From the human T2T-CHM13v2.0 reference genome, Homo sapiens: a stretch of 64,000 nt of DNA. The stretch is taken from assembly GCF_009914755.1 (NCBI RefSeq), contig NC_060929.1; one strand, given 5' to 3'. Of this stretch, positions 40,990-54,226 are shown one piece after another. Every line of letters begins with the position of its first letter. Position 1 is the first letter of the stretch. The translations under genes and the position numbers were made by a program. The notes below the pieces were generated by a model, which saw only the letters and a list, made by a program, of their open reading frames with translations, did no database searches and had not been told where the DNA came from.

Positions 40990-41311
40990 CTTCTTGTTGA
41001 ATTGATCCCTTTACCATTATGTAACGGCCTTCTTTGTCTCTTTTGATTTTTGTTGGTTTAAAGTCTGTTTTATCAGAGACTAGGATTGCATCCCCTGCCT
41101 TTTTTTGTTTTCCATTTGCTTGGTAGATCTTCCTCCATCCCTTTATTTTGAGCCTATGTGTGTCTCTGCACGTGAGATGGGTTTCCTGAATACAGCACAC
41201 TGACGGGTCTTGAATCTTTATCCAATTTGCCAGTCTGTGTCTTTTAATTGGAGCATTTAGCCCATTTACATTTAAGGTTAATATTGTTATGTGTGAATTT
41301 GATCCTGTCAT
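40990..41311 (-). pseudogene. L1 ORF2 endonuclease N-terminus, truncated by the deletion
   Basis: MTGSNSHITILTLNVNGLNAPIKRHRLANWIK...MVKGSIQQE. Confidence 0.95.
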
Positions 41312-41374
41312 TATGATGTTAGCTGGTTATTTTGCTCGTTGGTTGATGCAGTTTCTTCCTAGCCTTGATGGTCT

Positions 41375-42388
41375 TTACAATTTGGCATGTTTTGCAGTGG
41401 CTGGTACCAGTTGTTCCTTTCCATGTTTAGTGCTTCCTTCAGGAGCTCTTGTAGAGCAGGCCCAGTAGTGACAAAATCTCTCAGCATTTGCTTGTCTGTA
41501 AAGTATTTTATTTCTCCTTCACTTATGAAGCTTAGTTTGACTGGATATGAGATTCTGGTTTGAAAATTCTTTTCTTTAAGAATGTTGAATATTGGCCCCC
41601 ACTCTCTTCTGGCTTGTAGTTTCTGCTGAGAGATCAGTCTAACGACTGATGGGCTTCCCTTTGTGGGTAACCCGACCTTTCTCTCTGGCTGTCTTTAACA
41701 GTTTTTCATTCATTTCATCTTTGGTGAATCTGACAATTACGTGTCTTGGAGTTGCTCTTCTCGAGGAGTATCTTTGTGGCGTTCTCTGTTTTTCCTGAAT
41801 TTGAATGTTGGCCTGCCTTGCTAGATTGGGGAAATTCTCCTGGATAATATCCTGCAGAGTGTTTTCCAACTTGGTTCCATTCTCCCCATCACTTTCAGGT
41901 ACACCAATCAGATGTAGATTTGGTCTTTTCACATAGTCCCATATTTCTTGGAGTCTTTGTTTGTTTCTTTTTATTCTTTTTTCTCTAAACTTCTCTTCTC
42001 GCTTCATTTCATTCATTTGATATTCCATCGCTGATACCCTTTCTTCCAGTTGATCGAATTGGCTACTGAAGCTAGTGCATTCATCACGTAGTTCTCATGC
42101 CATGATTTTCAGCTCCGTCAGGTCCTTTAAGGACTTCTCTGCATTGGTTTTTCTAGTTAGCCATTCGTCTAATCTTCTTTCAAGGTTTTTAACTTCTTTG
42201 CCATGGGTTTGAACTTCCTTCTTTAGCTCAGAGAAGTTTGATTGTCTGAAGACTTCTTCTCTCAACTCGTCAAAGTCATTCTCCATCCAGCTTTGTTCCA
42301 TTGCTGGTGAGGAGCTGTGTTCCTTTGGAAGAGGAGAGGCACTCTGATTTTTAGAGTTTCCAGCTTTTCTGCTCTGTTTTTTCCCCAT
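41375..42388 (-). pseudogene. L1 ORF1, disrupted
   Basis: MGKKQSRKAGNSKNQSAS... and ...QEIWDYVKRPNLHLIGVPE... are split over several ORFs by stops. Confidence 0.95.
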
Positions 42389-45300
42389 CTTTGTGGTTTT
42401 ATCTACTTTTGGTCTTTGATGATGGTGATGTACAGATGGGCTTTTGGTGTGGATGTCCTTTCTACTTGTTAGTTTTCCTTCTGACAGCCTGGACCCTCAG
42501 CTGCAGGTCTGTTGGAGTTTGCCAGAGGTCCACTCCAGACCCTGTTTGCCTGGGTATCAGCAGCAGAAGCTGCAGAGCAGCGAATATTGGTGAACAGCAA
42601 ATGTTGCTGCCTGATTGCTCCTCTGGAAGTTTTGTCTCAGAGGAGTACCTGGCCATGTGAGGTGTCAGTCTGCTCCTACTGGGGGTGCCTCCCAGTTAGG
42701 CTACTCAAGGGTCAGGGACCCACTTGAGGAGGCAGTCTGTCCATTCTCAGATCTCAAACTGCTGCTGGGAGAACCACTACTCTCTTCAAAGCTGTCCGAC
42801 AGGGACATTTAAGTCTGCAGAGGTTTCTGCTGCCTTTTGTTTGGCTATGCCCTGCCCCCAGAGGGGGAGTCTACAGAGACAGGCAGGCCTCCTTGAGCTG
42901 TGGTGGGCTCCACCCAGTTCGAGCTTCCCTGAGGCTTTGTTTACCTACTCAAGCCTCAGCAATGGTGGGCGCCCCTCCCCCAGCCTCCCTGCTGCCTTGC
43001 AGTTCAATCTCAGACTGCTGTGCTAGCAATGAGTGAGGCTCTGTGGGCGTAGGACCCTCTGAGCCAGGCGCGGGAATCTCCCGGTGTGCCGTTTGCTAAG
43101 ACTGTTGGAAAAGTGCGGTATTAGGGTGGGAGTGACCCGATTTTCCAGGTGCCATCTGTCACCCCTTTCCTTGGCTAGGAAAGAGAATTCCCTGACCCTT
43201 TGCTTTTCCTGGGTGAGGCAATGCCTCGCCCTGCTTTGGCTCACACTCAGTGTGCTGCACCCACTGTCCTGCACCCTCTGTCCAACAATCCCCCGTGAGA
43301 TGAACCCAGTATCTCAGTTGGAAATGCAGAAATCATCCGTCTTCTGCATCGCTTATGCTAGGAGCCTTAGACTGGAGGTGTTCCTATTCGGCCATCTTTG
43401 AACTGCCCCCTCTGCAAGCAAATTCTTAAGGAATTCCTGGTATGAAGAATGTCTTGTTTAATCAGGAAATCAACTGACAATTGAACTTTTGTCTTTTTAA
43501 AACTTTATGGCTGCATTGCATTATCAAGGAAGCTCTGAGGTAATGTTATGCCTTGAACACAATGATTTTATTAAATTCCATTGCTGTTACACCACCACCT
43601 CCTTTGAGGTACTTATTGAACATTTCTTTTAAGAAACTGTCCATTGTATCTTTTTTGCCTACTCGTTTTCAAGATAAAAAAGTGTAAATATTTACCACCA
43701 TTTTGCATATTTTAAGTCATAGAATTGATAAATTTTGTTGTGTTTCTAACACATACTCCTCTGATTAATCATGCGTACTCTTAAACCATGGCTATGACAG
43801 TCTAATTGAATTTTTGTGCTGAATAAATACATAAGTGAGTGCACAATTAGTGAATAAATGGGTAAATAAATGAAAAGTAGATAAGTATGTAAATTATAGA
43901 AAATAACAATAGAAATTGATATTCTAAATAACTTTCATTCCTTTAGCCAGGCAACATATTTTTACTTTAAAATAAAGTGAATATTCACTGGACCTTAGTG
44001 ATAATATAACATTATATGAAGTAAAATTATTTTCCTACAGATTGACAAGTTAAAGTTAATAACTCTTAATATTCAGTGTATATTTGCTGTCTCTCATATA
44101 TCTGTGTAGAGTATATGCGGAGTGAGCATATATTATACATATTATATATACATGGTATATGTATGCATATATGTATGCATAAGTATGTATGCATATATGC
44201 ATATCTATTAAGGTATATGTGTGTGTATATATATCCACTTACTCACATACACATGCACATACTCATATTTTTAAGGAAAATTGGAATGGTATAGATTGGC
44301 AACGTGCTTTTATCTTCTTTCTAATTCATAAACTATTATTAAGCTTTCTCATATATTAAGCTATATATAAAATTTTACATAATGGTTGTACTATATTCAA
44401 TAATGGGGTTATACAATGATTAATTTGGGCATTCAGACGTTATATGTTTTCTATGATCTTACTCTGTGACTTCTATAGCATATTTAATTACTAAATATCC
44501 TTTTGATTCAGGGGAACTTTTGTGGGCTTTGCATAGAATTAAATTATGCCACTAACAGATTTCAGTTTGAGGTATTTAATCTTTTTTCTGTCTTTACTCA
44601 TAACTTTAATAAACAGTACCAAAAATTAATCCAGTTTGGGCTTGTTCAATTCATCTTTTCCCCCTACATCTTAAACCCTATTCTGATAAATTAATAGTCA
44701 GGAACTTTTGTTTTGACTTATCTCTAGGAAGCTAAATTAATCATATTTAGATTCAAATTAATGAGGCTGAAATTATGAATAATTTGATTTTTAAAATATT
44801 AAACCTTGTGTTGTGGAATCATGTTAAAGTGTTACATACAGAGTAAAAACATTCTCTAAATACATTGATATATTGATAAATTGACAGACATACCCAGCTT
44901 GTCTCCCTATCTGTTTTTCTCTCCTCCTTTCCTTTTATCTCTCTCTCTGTTTCTCATTCTTTTTCTCTCTCTCCCAGCATGTGTGTGTGTGGATTTTAAC
45001 TGGCCTCCTTGATATTTCACAATATAGAACAAAGAGTGAATGAATAATCTTGCAATGTAGTGAGAAACAATACATAACATCTTTAAATAAAGCTCTTGCT
45101 ATTATTGGCTATTTAACTTCCAATAAAGCATAATACATAATTGTTAGAAATAACTATAATATTCAAATATTCATTTATTTAAATTAAGTGTGACTAGAAT
45201 TAAGAAAATATAGTTAGTAGTTCTCTATTACCCATTAATATGTTTATGAATAAATCATAACCCCCAAATTATGTTTTATATTTGAAATATAAATAAAATT

Positions 45301-48240
45301 ATATATGTGATTATTTTGTGAATTTGAGAATAAGAGCTGACAAAAGAAATTCCTAGTCCATAATTCCAGTCTTACATTTAGAAAAAGAAAAGTGCATTGC
45401 AGTTAAGAGACTTGTTCAAGCAAACCTAAAACATAGTTAACCTGGAGATTCTGGGTCTCTGACCCTTTTTACTAAGCTTACTCTGCTGAAGGGCATTTCC
45501 AGGGGTAAAGAGCTGTTATTTTTTAGTTAGTGTAACCTGCTTGTGCTCTGGATTAAACCTCTGAATTGGTTGAGTCAGTGAATTTTATGGCACTGTGGTG
45601 GTTCCTTTCCCATTAGCGCAAGTTCCTATTCTTTCAGTTCCTAAACACGGCAGACCTGTACCTGCGCTTGTCTAGTTGGGGTTCTCAGGCTTAGTACAGG
45701 ACTCTTTATGTCAAACTGTCAGCACAACTGAAAAACAGTCATAATCTGACCCTGTTCCCAATTATTTCACTAACGACAGCAAACTCCACACTTTTGCAGA
45801 TATTTTCAGGTCAGAATCAGACAAAAGAATGTAAAAACAGTTTGAGAAAATAAATTAGAGATTTTTAATTCTCAAAACCTCTGAAGAGACATTTCATTAC
45901 TATAAAACAATATGAGTAAAATATTTTGGTGTTCTTCACAGGCCATTAGCACAAGCTCTGCCTTGAGTAGGTGTTGAAGAGAGACAAAGCATGAAGTATG
46001 CTTTTGCCCCCAAGTACATTACAATTTTTAAAGAAAGAGACCTAGAAAGAGAATTTTCTCACATAGAAATAAGTATTATCTATGCACTGTATAAGCAACA
46101 AGTGGCATACAGTTTATGTATTGAAGAGATGAGAGTAATTGAATTAAGCTTATTGAAAAATACATTTTAATACAATATATAATGTGGTTTTCCCAGATAG
46201 TGATATAACCAATGAATGTTTTCTCAATATGTGTAAATAAACGTTACAGTTTTACCCGTCTCCCTTTCATATTTCCAATACAAATTAATAGTGATCAGAC
46301 CTTTCTAAAGAATATTTATATTATACTATTTTATAACTAAATATAATTTCATACAGCTATAAAGTAAACGTTTATTTTGTGATGTTTAAATGATAGTGAC
46401 AACAATTCATTGAATTATTACTACATTATTTACTACATGTTGTTTTCCAAACTAAGCACATTATGTATGTTTCCTCAATAAACCTTAACACACCTCTTTT
46501 GATTGAAGACTCTGAGTCTCAGATTACATAATTTATCCTAGGTCAAGAGATGATAGGTTGCTGAAACAGAGTTTGAATTCAGGTCTGTATAACTGCAACA
46601 TCTTGTCCTTAAAATGATGCTATAATTCATTCACATGTATAATGGCATTTGCTATGTGAAACTGTGTCATTACTGGAGGGCTACAATATACCTGAAAGCA
46701 TATGTTAAAATAGGAAAATGGTATTTTAAAAATCTCTACATTAAATCAGGAACTGTACCAAAAAATGAAAATAAAATATTACTACATTCCTTCCATGTTA
46801 CTTCCTAAGGATATTATGTGTAACAATGCTAGACAGGATTGTAAATCATATACAGAGATTAACTAAGGCTCACCAATCATTCAATGTCGTAGAGCATTCA
46901 CTTGACTGTAGATAAGATCTTCTAAGTAACAAGACTTACTGTGTTATTATATAGATATATGAAGTTCCACATTACTATACAGAGTAAGGCAGACAGCAGC
47001 TGTTCCCAGTTATACATGGTGACATTAACATGACAAAATTCACATCAGCCCCAAAACTCATCTAAAATTCCATTACCTCATTATTGATTAATTGCTCCAA
47101 CTTTAAATGTACTTGGGATGAAGCTGACTTATATGTCTACTTTGTCTGTTTAGTCCAGAATGTTCTACCTGTCAAAATGAAGGAATCCGATGATTTTCTT
47201 TCAAAAAAGAGAATAGGTATACTGACTGGCACAGTTGCCCTTGATAAAAACAACACATATGCACAATGGGCTTATTCATCCTAACAAAGACAAATTACAC
47301 ATGTAACAATTATGCATGTAATTAGTTCCCCATGACTAAAATAATGGAAATACTTTAAATTTTACCAAGGTGTTTTGTACCCTTTTTCTATTTTTCTTTT
47401 TATAGTTTTGATCCAAACAGAAAAACTATAAGGAGGAAGCACCACTGTGTCTTAAATGTTATATAAGTGTTTTGAAGATTCCTAAGGGGAAAAATTGAAG
47501 TACCCCTGAGGTATTGTTTTATTTGTTTGTTTTTGAAGATGATATGGTAAGTGAAGTGTTGAAGATGGTATGGTGACACTTGTTGGACTTCTTTTCATTT
47601 CTAACTTGAGATAATACAACTGTACATACTTTTCCCTGATCACAAAACTATTAGATTGACCCATATGAATACAGACATGTGTCCTGTATTATACTGGACA
47701 TACATCTATTACTGCATTTTTCAAAACAATTTATTCTCATAAGTTAAAGAATAATCAAATGCTATATGATTGAAGAAGACTGATGGGGAAGGGGTTTATT
47801 AATAAGAAGATACTCTTTTTTATTGACAGATGGAGTAAGCTTCAAAAGTCATAAGAAATATTAAATGCACTTTGAAAAACATACATTAATCAGATAGTTG
47901 AAAATGAGGAACTATAATGTCTCAGCAAGGTGAATTACTCATTTAAAGTGTGTTGTTCAGAAAAGAATAAATCATATTCAACAGAAGGTGCATGATTCAT
48001 TGTTACCATAGCAAAGAATTTTGCTTGGTATGAGTGGGCCTATTCCATAGAATTCAAAGGTGGAACAAGTAATTTAAGTTGGTCGTTGTGGAGACAAAAT
48101 AGTATGGTCGGCCATCATTTATTGTGTGCTCACTTGGGTATGGCACATTTCTAATTCTTTCAATGTTTTAGCTAATTTAATTCTTCTAAGCATCCTAGGA
48201 GGCACATAACCCTATTTCACAAAAGAGGTAGTAGAGAAAA

Positions 48241-48430
48241 CCAACACCAGTGCTATTATTGTCTCCACTATAACCTTACCTCCAGTACTACCACCACTAT
48301 CACCCTGGCCTCCCACTACCCTATCCACTATCATTACTACTATGACCACATCCACAACTACACTGCTCAATACTACTGCCATGATGACTAGCACTTCCAC
48401 CCTAGCCCACTCCAACACCAACACCAGTAT
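48241..48430. repeat. Degenerate (CCA/CTA)n low-complexity tract between MIR and L2 fragments
   Basis: Triplet periodicity ACC/ACT/CCA. It produces the Val-rich spurious ORF at 48212-48424. Confidence 0.75.
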
Positions 48431-48439
48431 GACTTAAGC

Positions 48440-49000
48440 CATCATCAACTCTTCTTTGGGTACAACAGCTTTGCCCTAATTGGTCCTCCACCTGCTATTA
48501 ACACTCTTTCAAGTTATTTTCTACATAGAAACCAAAGAAATCTTCTAAAATGTAAAACTGATCATATAAATGTCTTATTTAAAAATCTAGTGACTTCCTA
48601 TACTATTTAACAATAAATTCAAATTCCCCACCATGCTCTACAAAACCCTATACGATCTAGCTTTTGCCCACTTCTCCATATTATATCTGGCCATCCTCAC
48701 CTTCCTTTACCTTATCAAATAAGTTGTCTTTTCCACTTGGTCTCAGATACACAAAGCTCACCTTACCTCAGGAACTTTCAAACTCATATTGCTCTGCCTG
48801 GAGTAATTTCTTCCCAACTTTTCCATGATTCTCTTTCTCACTTTATCCAGGTGTCTGCTAAAGATTTATGTCTGACAGAATTCTTCCCGAAACAAGCACG
48901 AAAATGATGCCCTTGTCCCTGACCACATGGCCTTCCTTTCCTCTTAATCCATGACCCTTTTAAATTTTCTATATAGCATTATAATACTATTATTTGAATA
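48440..49000 (+). mobile_element. L2 fragment
   Basis: TCTTCTAAAATGTAAA.CTGATCAT...AATTCAAATTCC...CCTCAGGA.CTTT..ACT...CTCTGCCTGGA. Confidence 0.7.
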
Positions 49001-49614
49001 ACTACATTGTGAGCTATTACAGTGGGCTAGGCCGTGGAGGTATAGCAATGAACAAATGAAAATAAAAGAAAAAAGATGCAAACTCTACCTTCACAAAGAA
49101 TATATTCTAATCTCTAGAGAGAAAACAAGAACCAAAAATAATATTTAAAAATTCATGATGTGTTGGAAAGGAAAACAATTTCTATATGGCATTGCAATTT
49201 ATAAGAAATACTTGAAGTTTTCTTGGACCTATTGGATCACTGGGGCAAGATCATAGAACTATTTGTGTTATGTATTTTAATTTGACTGACTTCTTTTTCT
49301 TTGGAGTTCACTCAAAAATGAAAGAGTTTGGGGTCACTAAGGAAATGAATCTGAGCAGCACATTCCAGTGTGATATTTGTTGTTTCCAAAGGCCAAACAT
49401 TGCTCCCCACTTTTAAAAATTAGTGCTACAGGATGTAAGAACCAATAAATTATCTTTTATCTGGAGTGGAATTCCTAAAACATTCCAACGACTGAACACC
49501 CAGAAATTCAAAAATGTAATGTATCTGTCAGTCTCTGTCTTCTGTAGATTTCACCAAAATACATAGGGCACCCACTACTTGTTAACCTCATTTTATAATT
49601 AGCATGATACAATC

Positions 49615-49738
49615 ACAGTAATAGGTGATCATGGTACTCCATAAATAAATAAATAAATAAATAAATAAATATATATATATGTATGTGTGTGTGTGTGTGT
49701 GTGTGTTTCTATGGTATACCATGATCACCTATTACTGT
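49615..49738. repeat. 29-bp inverted repeat around (TAAA)n(TA)n(TG)n
   Basis: 49615-49643 against 49710-49738. 22-bp perfect core ACAGTAATAGGTGATCATGGTA. Confidence 0.92.
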
Positions 49739-49785
<47 letters not shown>

Positions 49786-50918
49786 GTATATATAAATCCT
49801 TACAGGCAAAACTGACATGTTACCTTATAATTTACAATTTCTGTGATTATATGGCAAAAAAACAAGGTCTTGTCATCTAAAAACTTTTTAAAATACTTTG
49901 ACTGTAGAAAAATAAATTCCTAGATAAATATCTGCATACCAAATGCCAGATATATTTACTCAAACACACTGAAACATAGGCAAACACATATGGAGGAGGA
50001 GCTAAATATGTTTAAGAGGATCAAATAAAATTATGTAATTCTGTCTTTTGTAAGGGCAAAAGAAAAATAACAATAAGTGATACACACTTTGCACATGTTT
50101 GATAGTGGCACTATTGGCTACAGTTTTCTCAGACATTTAGGAGGAGTTTTCATTTACTATTTTGGTAGGAAAAGAGAGATTCCAGAGCTTCCACTTGACT
50201 CTCTCTAACCATGAATTAGAAAGGGAATGTGTAGCTTCTGTAAGTTGCTAAGCAAAATAATTCTAGCTCTATATTCAGTAACTGAGTACATAAGCACAAT
50301 GTTCAGGATCAAGTGGATGCACCTTGAATTGGACTTGATTAAAAGTTACATTAATTGCCAGAACCCTGTTAAACATCTCTATGGTCTGATTGACCGTGAT
50401 ACACCAGCTTCTCACATATTTATGTTAGCTAGGGAGAGTTTCCAGTAATAATTGATTTTTCTAAGTAGTTCTCAATCTCGCTTGTGTAATTACTACGACA
50501 ATCGACCTTAGATACCTTTAAAGGCCAGAAGGAGTATTTACAGCAGACCTCTCATGTTCTCACATGGTTCTTCTTAATGATAATATCCTTAAGTTTCATT
50601 CAGGAAGCTTTAGGACTACATAATAGTTGAAGTCTAAGAACTGGGTGAGGCACCATGGTGATAGTTCAAGTCTGGAATATCTTCACAATGCAACTGTATA
50701 TAAAGCCCCTTCCTCAATTATACATTTGATGCGTAGTAGGGCCTTTGAAGTTAGCCTGGTAGTTTTTGAAAATCTGTAATCTATTCTTCCCAAAGTCTTT
50801 GAATATCTTCTCAAGGAATACTTGTTATTTCAAACTTATTTAGCTTTTGTTTGCTCTGGGATAGGGCTTTCAATTAACCACACAGTAAATATAATTACTA
50901 GTGATGTATGAGCAACCA

Positions 50919-51137
50919 TAGGGGTCAGCAAACTACAACCTGAAGGTCAAACTCAGCCCACTACCTGTTTTTATAAATAAAGTTTTATTGGACCATAGGG
51001 CTAGCCATTTATGTATTATCTATAACTCTTTTCTGGCTCCAATGGCAATGCTGAATAGTTATGACAGGAATCATTTGGTCTCTAAAGCTTAAATATTTAC
51101 TATCTGGCCTTTTGCAGAGAAGATTTATCCACCCCTT
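50919..51137 (+). mobile_element. MER58A (hAT-Charlie MITE)
   Basis: AGGGGTCAGCAAACTAC...TTTTATAAATAAAGTTTTATTGGA...AAATATTTACTATCTGGCC.TTT.CAGA.A..TTT...ACCCCT. Confidence 0.88.
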
Positions 51138-52098
51138 AAATAGTGCATCAAATTCAGAATGTCCAGTATAAATATGCTTATCTCTTCTCATGCTATGTGG
51201 TGTCCTTAAGACTCTAAAATCCCCAGGATTTCTTCCCATAGACATTCTTGACATTTTTAGTAATATCATCTAGCAAAATCTTGCAATTCTTTTGCCATGA
51301 GACATAATAATTCATATGTCTGCTCCACTTCAACCACTTCCAAGCAAACAGAAGCTAATTTGAGTCTAAAACTGGGGGCCATTAAGTGAGGCCATGGTGA
51401 GGGCTGAAGAATAAGGACATGCCCAACAAGTCCCTTCCCAAGGTGGGTTATTGTAGAGCATTTAAGCAACATAGAAGCAGACACATAGGAGAGTGGGAGA
51501 GGAATAACTATTGGTGGCAACAGAAATTCAGTGAGTTTGGGGGTGGGCTCTACTGTGTATGGTCTACCTCCTATATCACTCCATTCCTATTCTCCAGGTC
51601 ACACACTTTTACAATAATTCCCTGAGTTTCAAATAAAAGGGTTGGTGAAGCTGACAATTCAAATAGCATTATAATTCAGCCATCTTTGGACCTGATTTGG
51701 GGCTACTTACAGCACAGCTATGGACAACTCCTACTTATCTGATCATCCCAAGAGTTGAGAAATTAAGGAAGGCAGTCATTATCTTTCTCTAATGCTGAGT
51801 ACAATTAGAAGAAATCAGCATATCCCACAGAGCTTGTATTCCTTATGCCAATGTCATAACTCTAGAAATTGTAAGTATAGATGTATTACATCAGTGACCA
51901 TAGTTGAAAATTTAAATAATCCTTTCATTACTGTCTGCCAGGGACAGCAAGAATCACATCCTTTCAATACAAGATGAATTCTTTCGCCCTGGCAATATAA
52001 TCAGACCAGATAACTAGACCTGGCTTTTCATTTCCTTGAGGCTCCATTGCCTGTAATTATGTTTGGCACCAATTTTTAACATGATGAGGATTCTTTAA

Positions 52099-52396
<298 letters not shown>

Positions 52397-54147
52397 TACC
52401 ACAAAATTTCTTTAACAAAATTTTAAAAAGTAATGAAAAAAGAGGAAACTAACTGAAGTAAAAATGGAGTCTACTAAAAGACATTTGGATCTTTGGGTGG
52501 GCCGTGAAGTCAGTCACAAATGGCCACAAATCCCAACATGGGAATGTTCTAGTGAGGATCCTACAACTGGCAAGGCTACAATTGGAATCACCACAGCTCA
52601 CCCTCATGATGCTAGCACTGGAGGTCAAAACGTTTTTCATGTCTGGCCTTGAAGTCCAGGTCATTCTGCCATCACTCTTATGAGAAAAGATGGATATGTA
52701 TGGAATTTGCCTCCTATATTGTTATTTTCTGGATGAGAGTCCCATATTTAGAATTCGAAAGACAAGATCACTGCAAAATATTTTAGCTATTAAAGAAAAA
52801 GGCCACGAAAGCAAATTTCTGACTTCTGCTTCGGTGAAAAATGTCATAACATGAGAATTTTTTCAAACATAAATAAGAAGTGTTCAAAACTTGCTGTGTA
52901 ACTAAAGGCATGACAAATTTTTCCCACGCCTTTTGTAAAAAGAATGGAGCAATAAAACAGAATTTTGACATCTTTATAATTGTTTTAGTGTATTTACTCT
53001 AGAAACAATAGCGTGTTTGCTACTCTTGGGTGAATCATAAAAACTCCACATCTGTTCCTTAAAGAATTTGACATGATCTGGTTCAGTAATTTTTACATAG
53101 TGATTGTTGTTCTTCTTTAAAACATCAGTGAACATATTGAAATGCAAAAGGCACCGACTCTCTTTCTATGTTACAGAGTCACTTTGGTTTCACATTTATT
53201 AGAAATAAGTGCCATATTTCTAATTTCTGTATCAGGTTGTATTTACATCCATATGGTTTAAATACTAATTAAGAAGCTTTTATGTAAATCCAAGGCAAAC
53301 CTGCTTAACTTACAGTTAATTCTGTACTTATATTCACAAATATATATATGTGTATGTACACATTTTTCTTTCTTTAAACATAATGACCAGCTAAAATGTG
53401 TGTTATTGATCAAAAACTTTTAGCTTTAATCAATTTTAATAGCAGACACAATTATCATATAAAATAATTGGAGTTGAAGAGAGTGGACTATTCAGAATGA
53501 GTACATTATTTTCTTCTCAAAAAATGCTCTTTCTGTAATGGGCTTGTTGGAAATAGAAACCTAAAATAAAAAATAAGCCATGTTTGACTAACTCTTGGTT
53601 GCTATTTATTCCTCTTCTTACCAATTTAATGTGTACTGCAGTATCTAGTCCTTGAATTCTTAGAGTAATTAACTTGTTCATATGTAGTGATATTTTGCTA
53701 ACGGAACAAAGCAATTCACCTTAAAAAGCAAAAATTGTTTTCTGTTGTAATTGTAGATGTGTATGTTTATTAACTTAGCTATGAGCCTCAGCTTAGAATA
53801 TCAGCTCTGACCTATGAGTTGATCAGGACAGGTATATACGGCTTTTGTTTCTTAGTAACTATTTCTCTATTGAATATATTCCCTTCTTTCATGTTTGTAT
53901 TTTTTGCCTGAGAAAAAACAATTGGCTGATAATGTACCTAGTATTAGTTATAGGGCAAGAATAATTGGTTAAACCTGAAATTCAATGTTAAAAATGTTAA
54001 TCATTAGCACAGTTCTTAACAGACCATTAGATTTAAAGGTAGAATATATATGCATATATGTGCATGTATTGTATATAGTAAAAAGATCCACTCCTGTCCA
54101 CTCCTATCACATACACCTGCATCTGGATCTTTAAATTAACATCTCCT

Positions 54148-54226
54148 TTAAGTTGAACCATATGAAATGACTGATTTTTAATGTTTTTAACATGTATAAA
54201 AATCAATTTCTTGTGGTTTGATGTAA
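54148..54226. mobile_element. MADE2-like mariner MITE (~80 bp palindromic)
   Basis: TTAAGTTGAACCATATGAAAT...AATTTCTTGTGGTTTGATGTAA resembles the recalled MADE2 termini. Confidence 0.65.

Larger units (their letters stand above)
40696..43410 (-). mobile_element. L1PA4/5-like element with full 5' UTR and ORF1 but most of ORF2 deleted
   Basis: 5' end GGGGGCAGTTCAAAGATGGCCGAATAGGAAC, ORF1 and ORF2-start peptides, and 3' UTR. Perfect 17-bp TSD TCTGCAAGCAAATTCTT at 39766-39782 and 43411-43427. Confidence 0.95.

Noticed and set aside
42391-43401. Plus-strand ORFs antisense to the L1 5' UTR (ORF0-like)
   Set aside because: Generic L1PA 5' UTR frames. An intact ORF0 or an active antisense promoter cannot be supported here.
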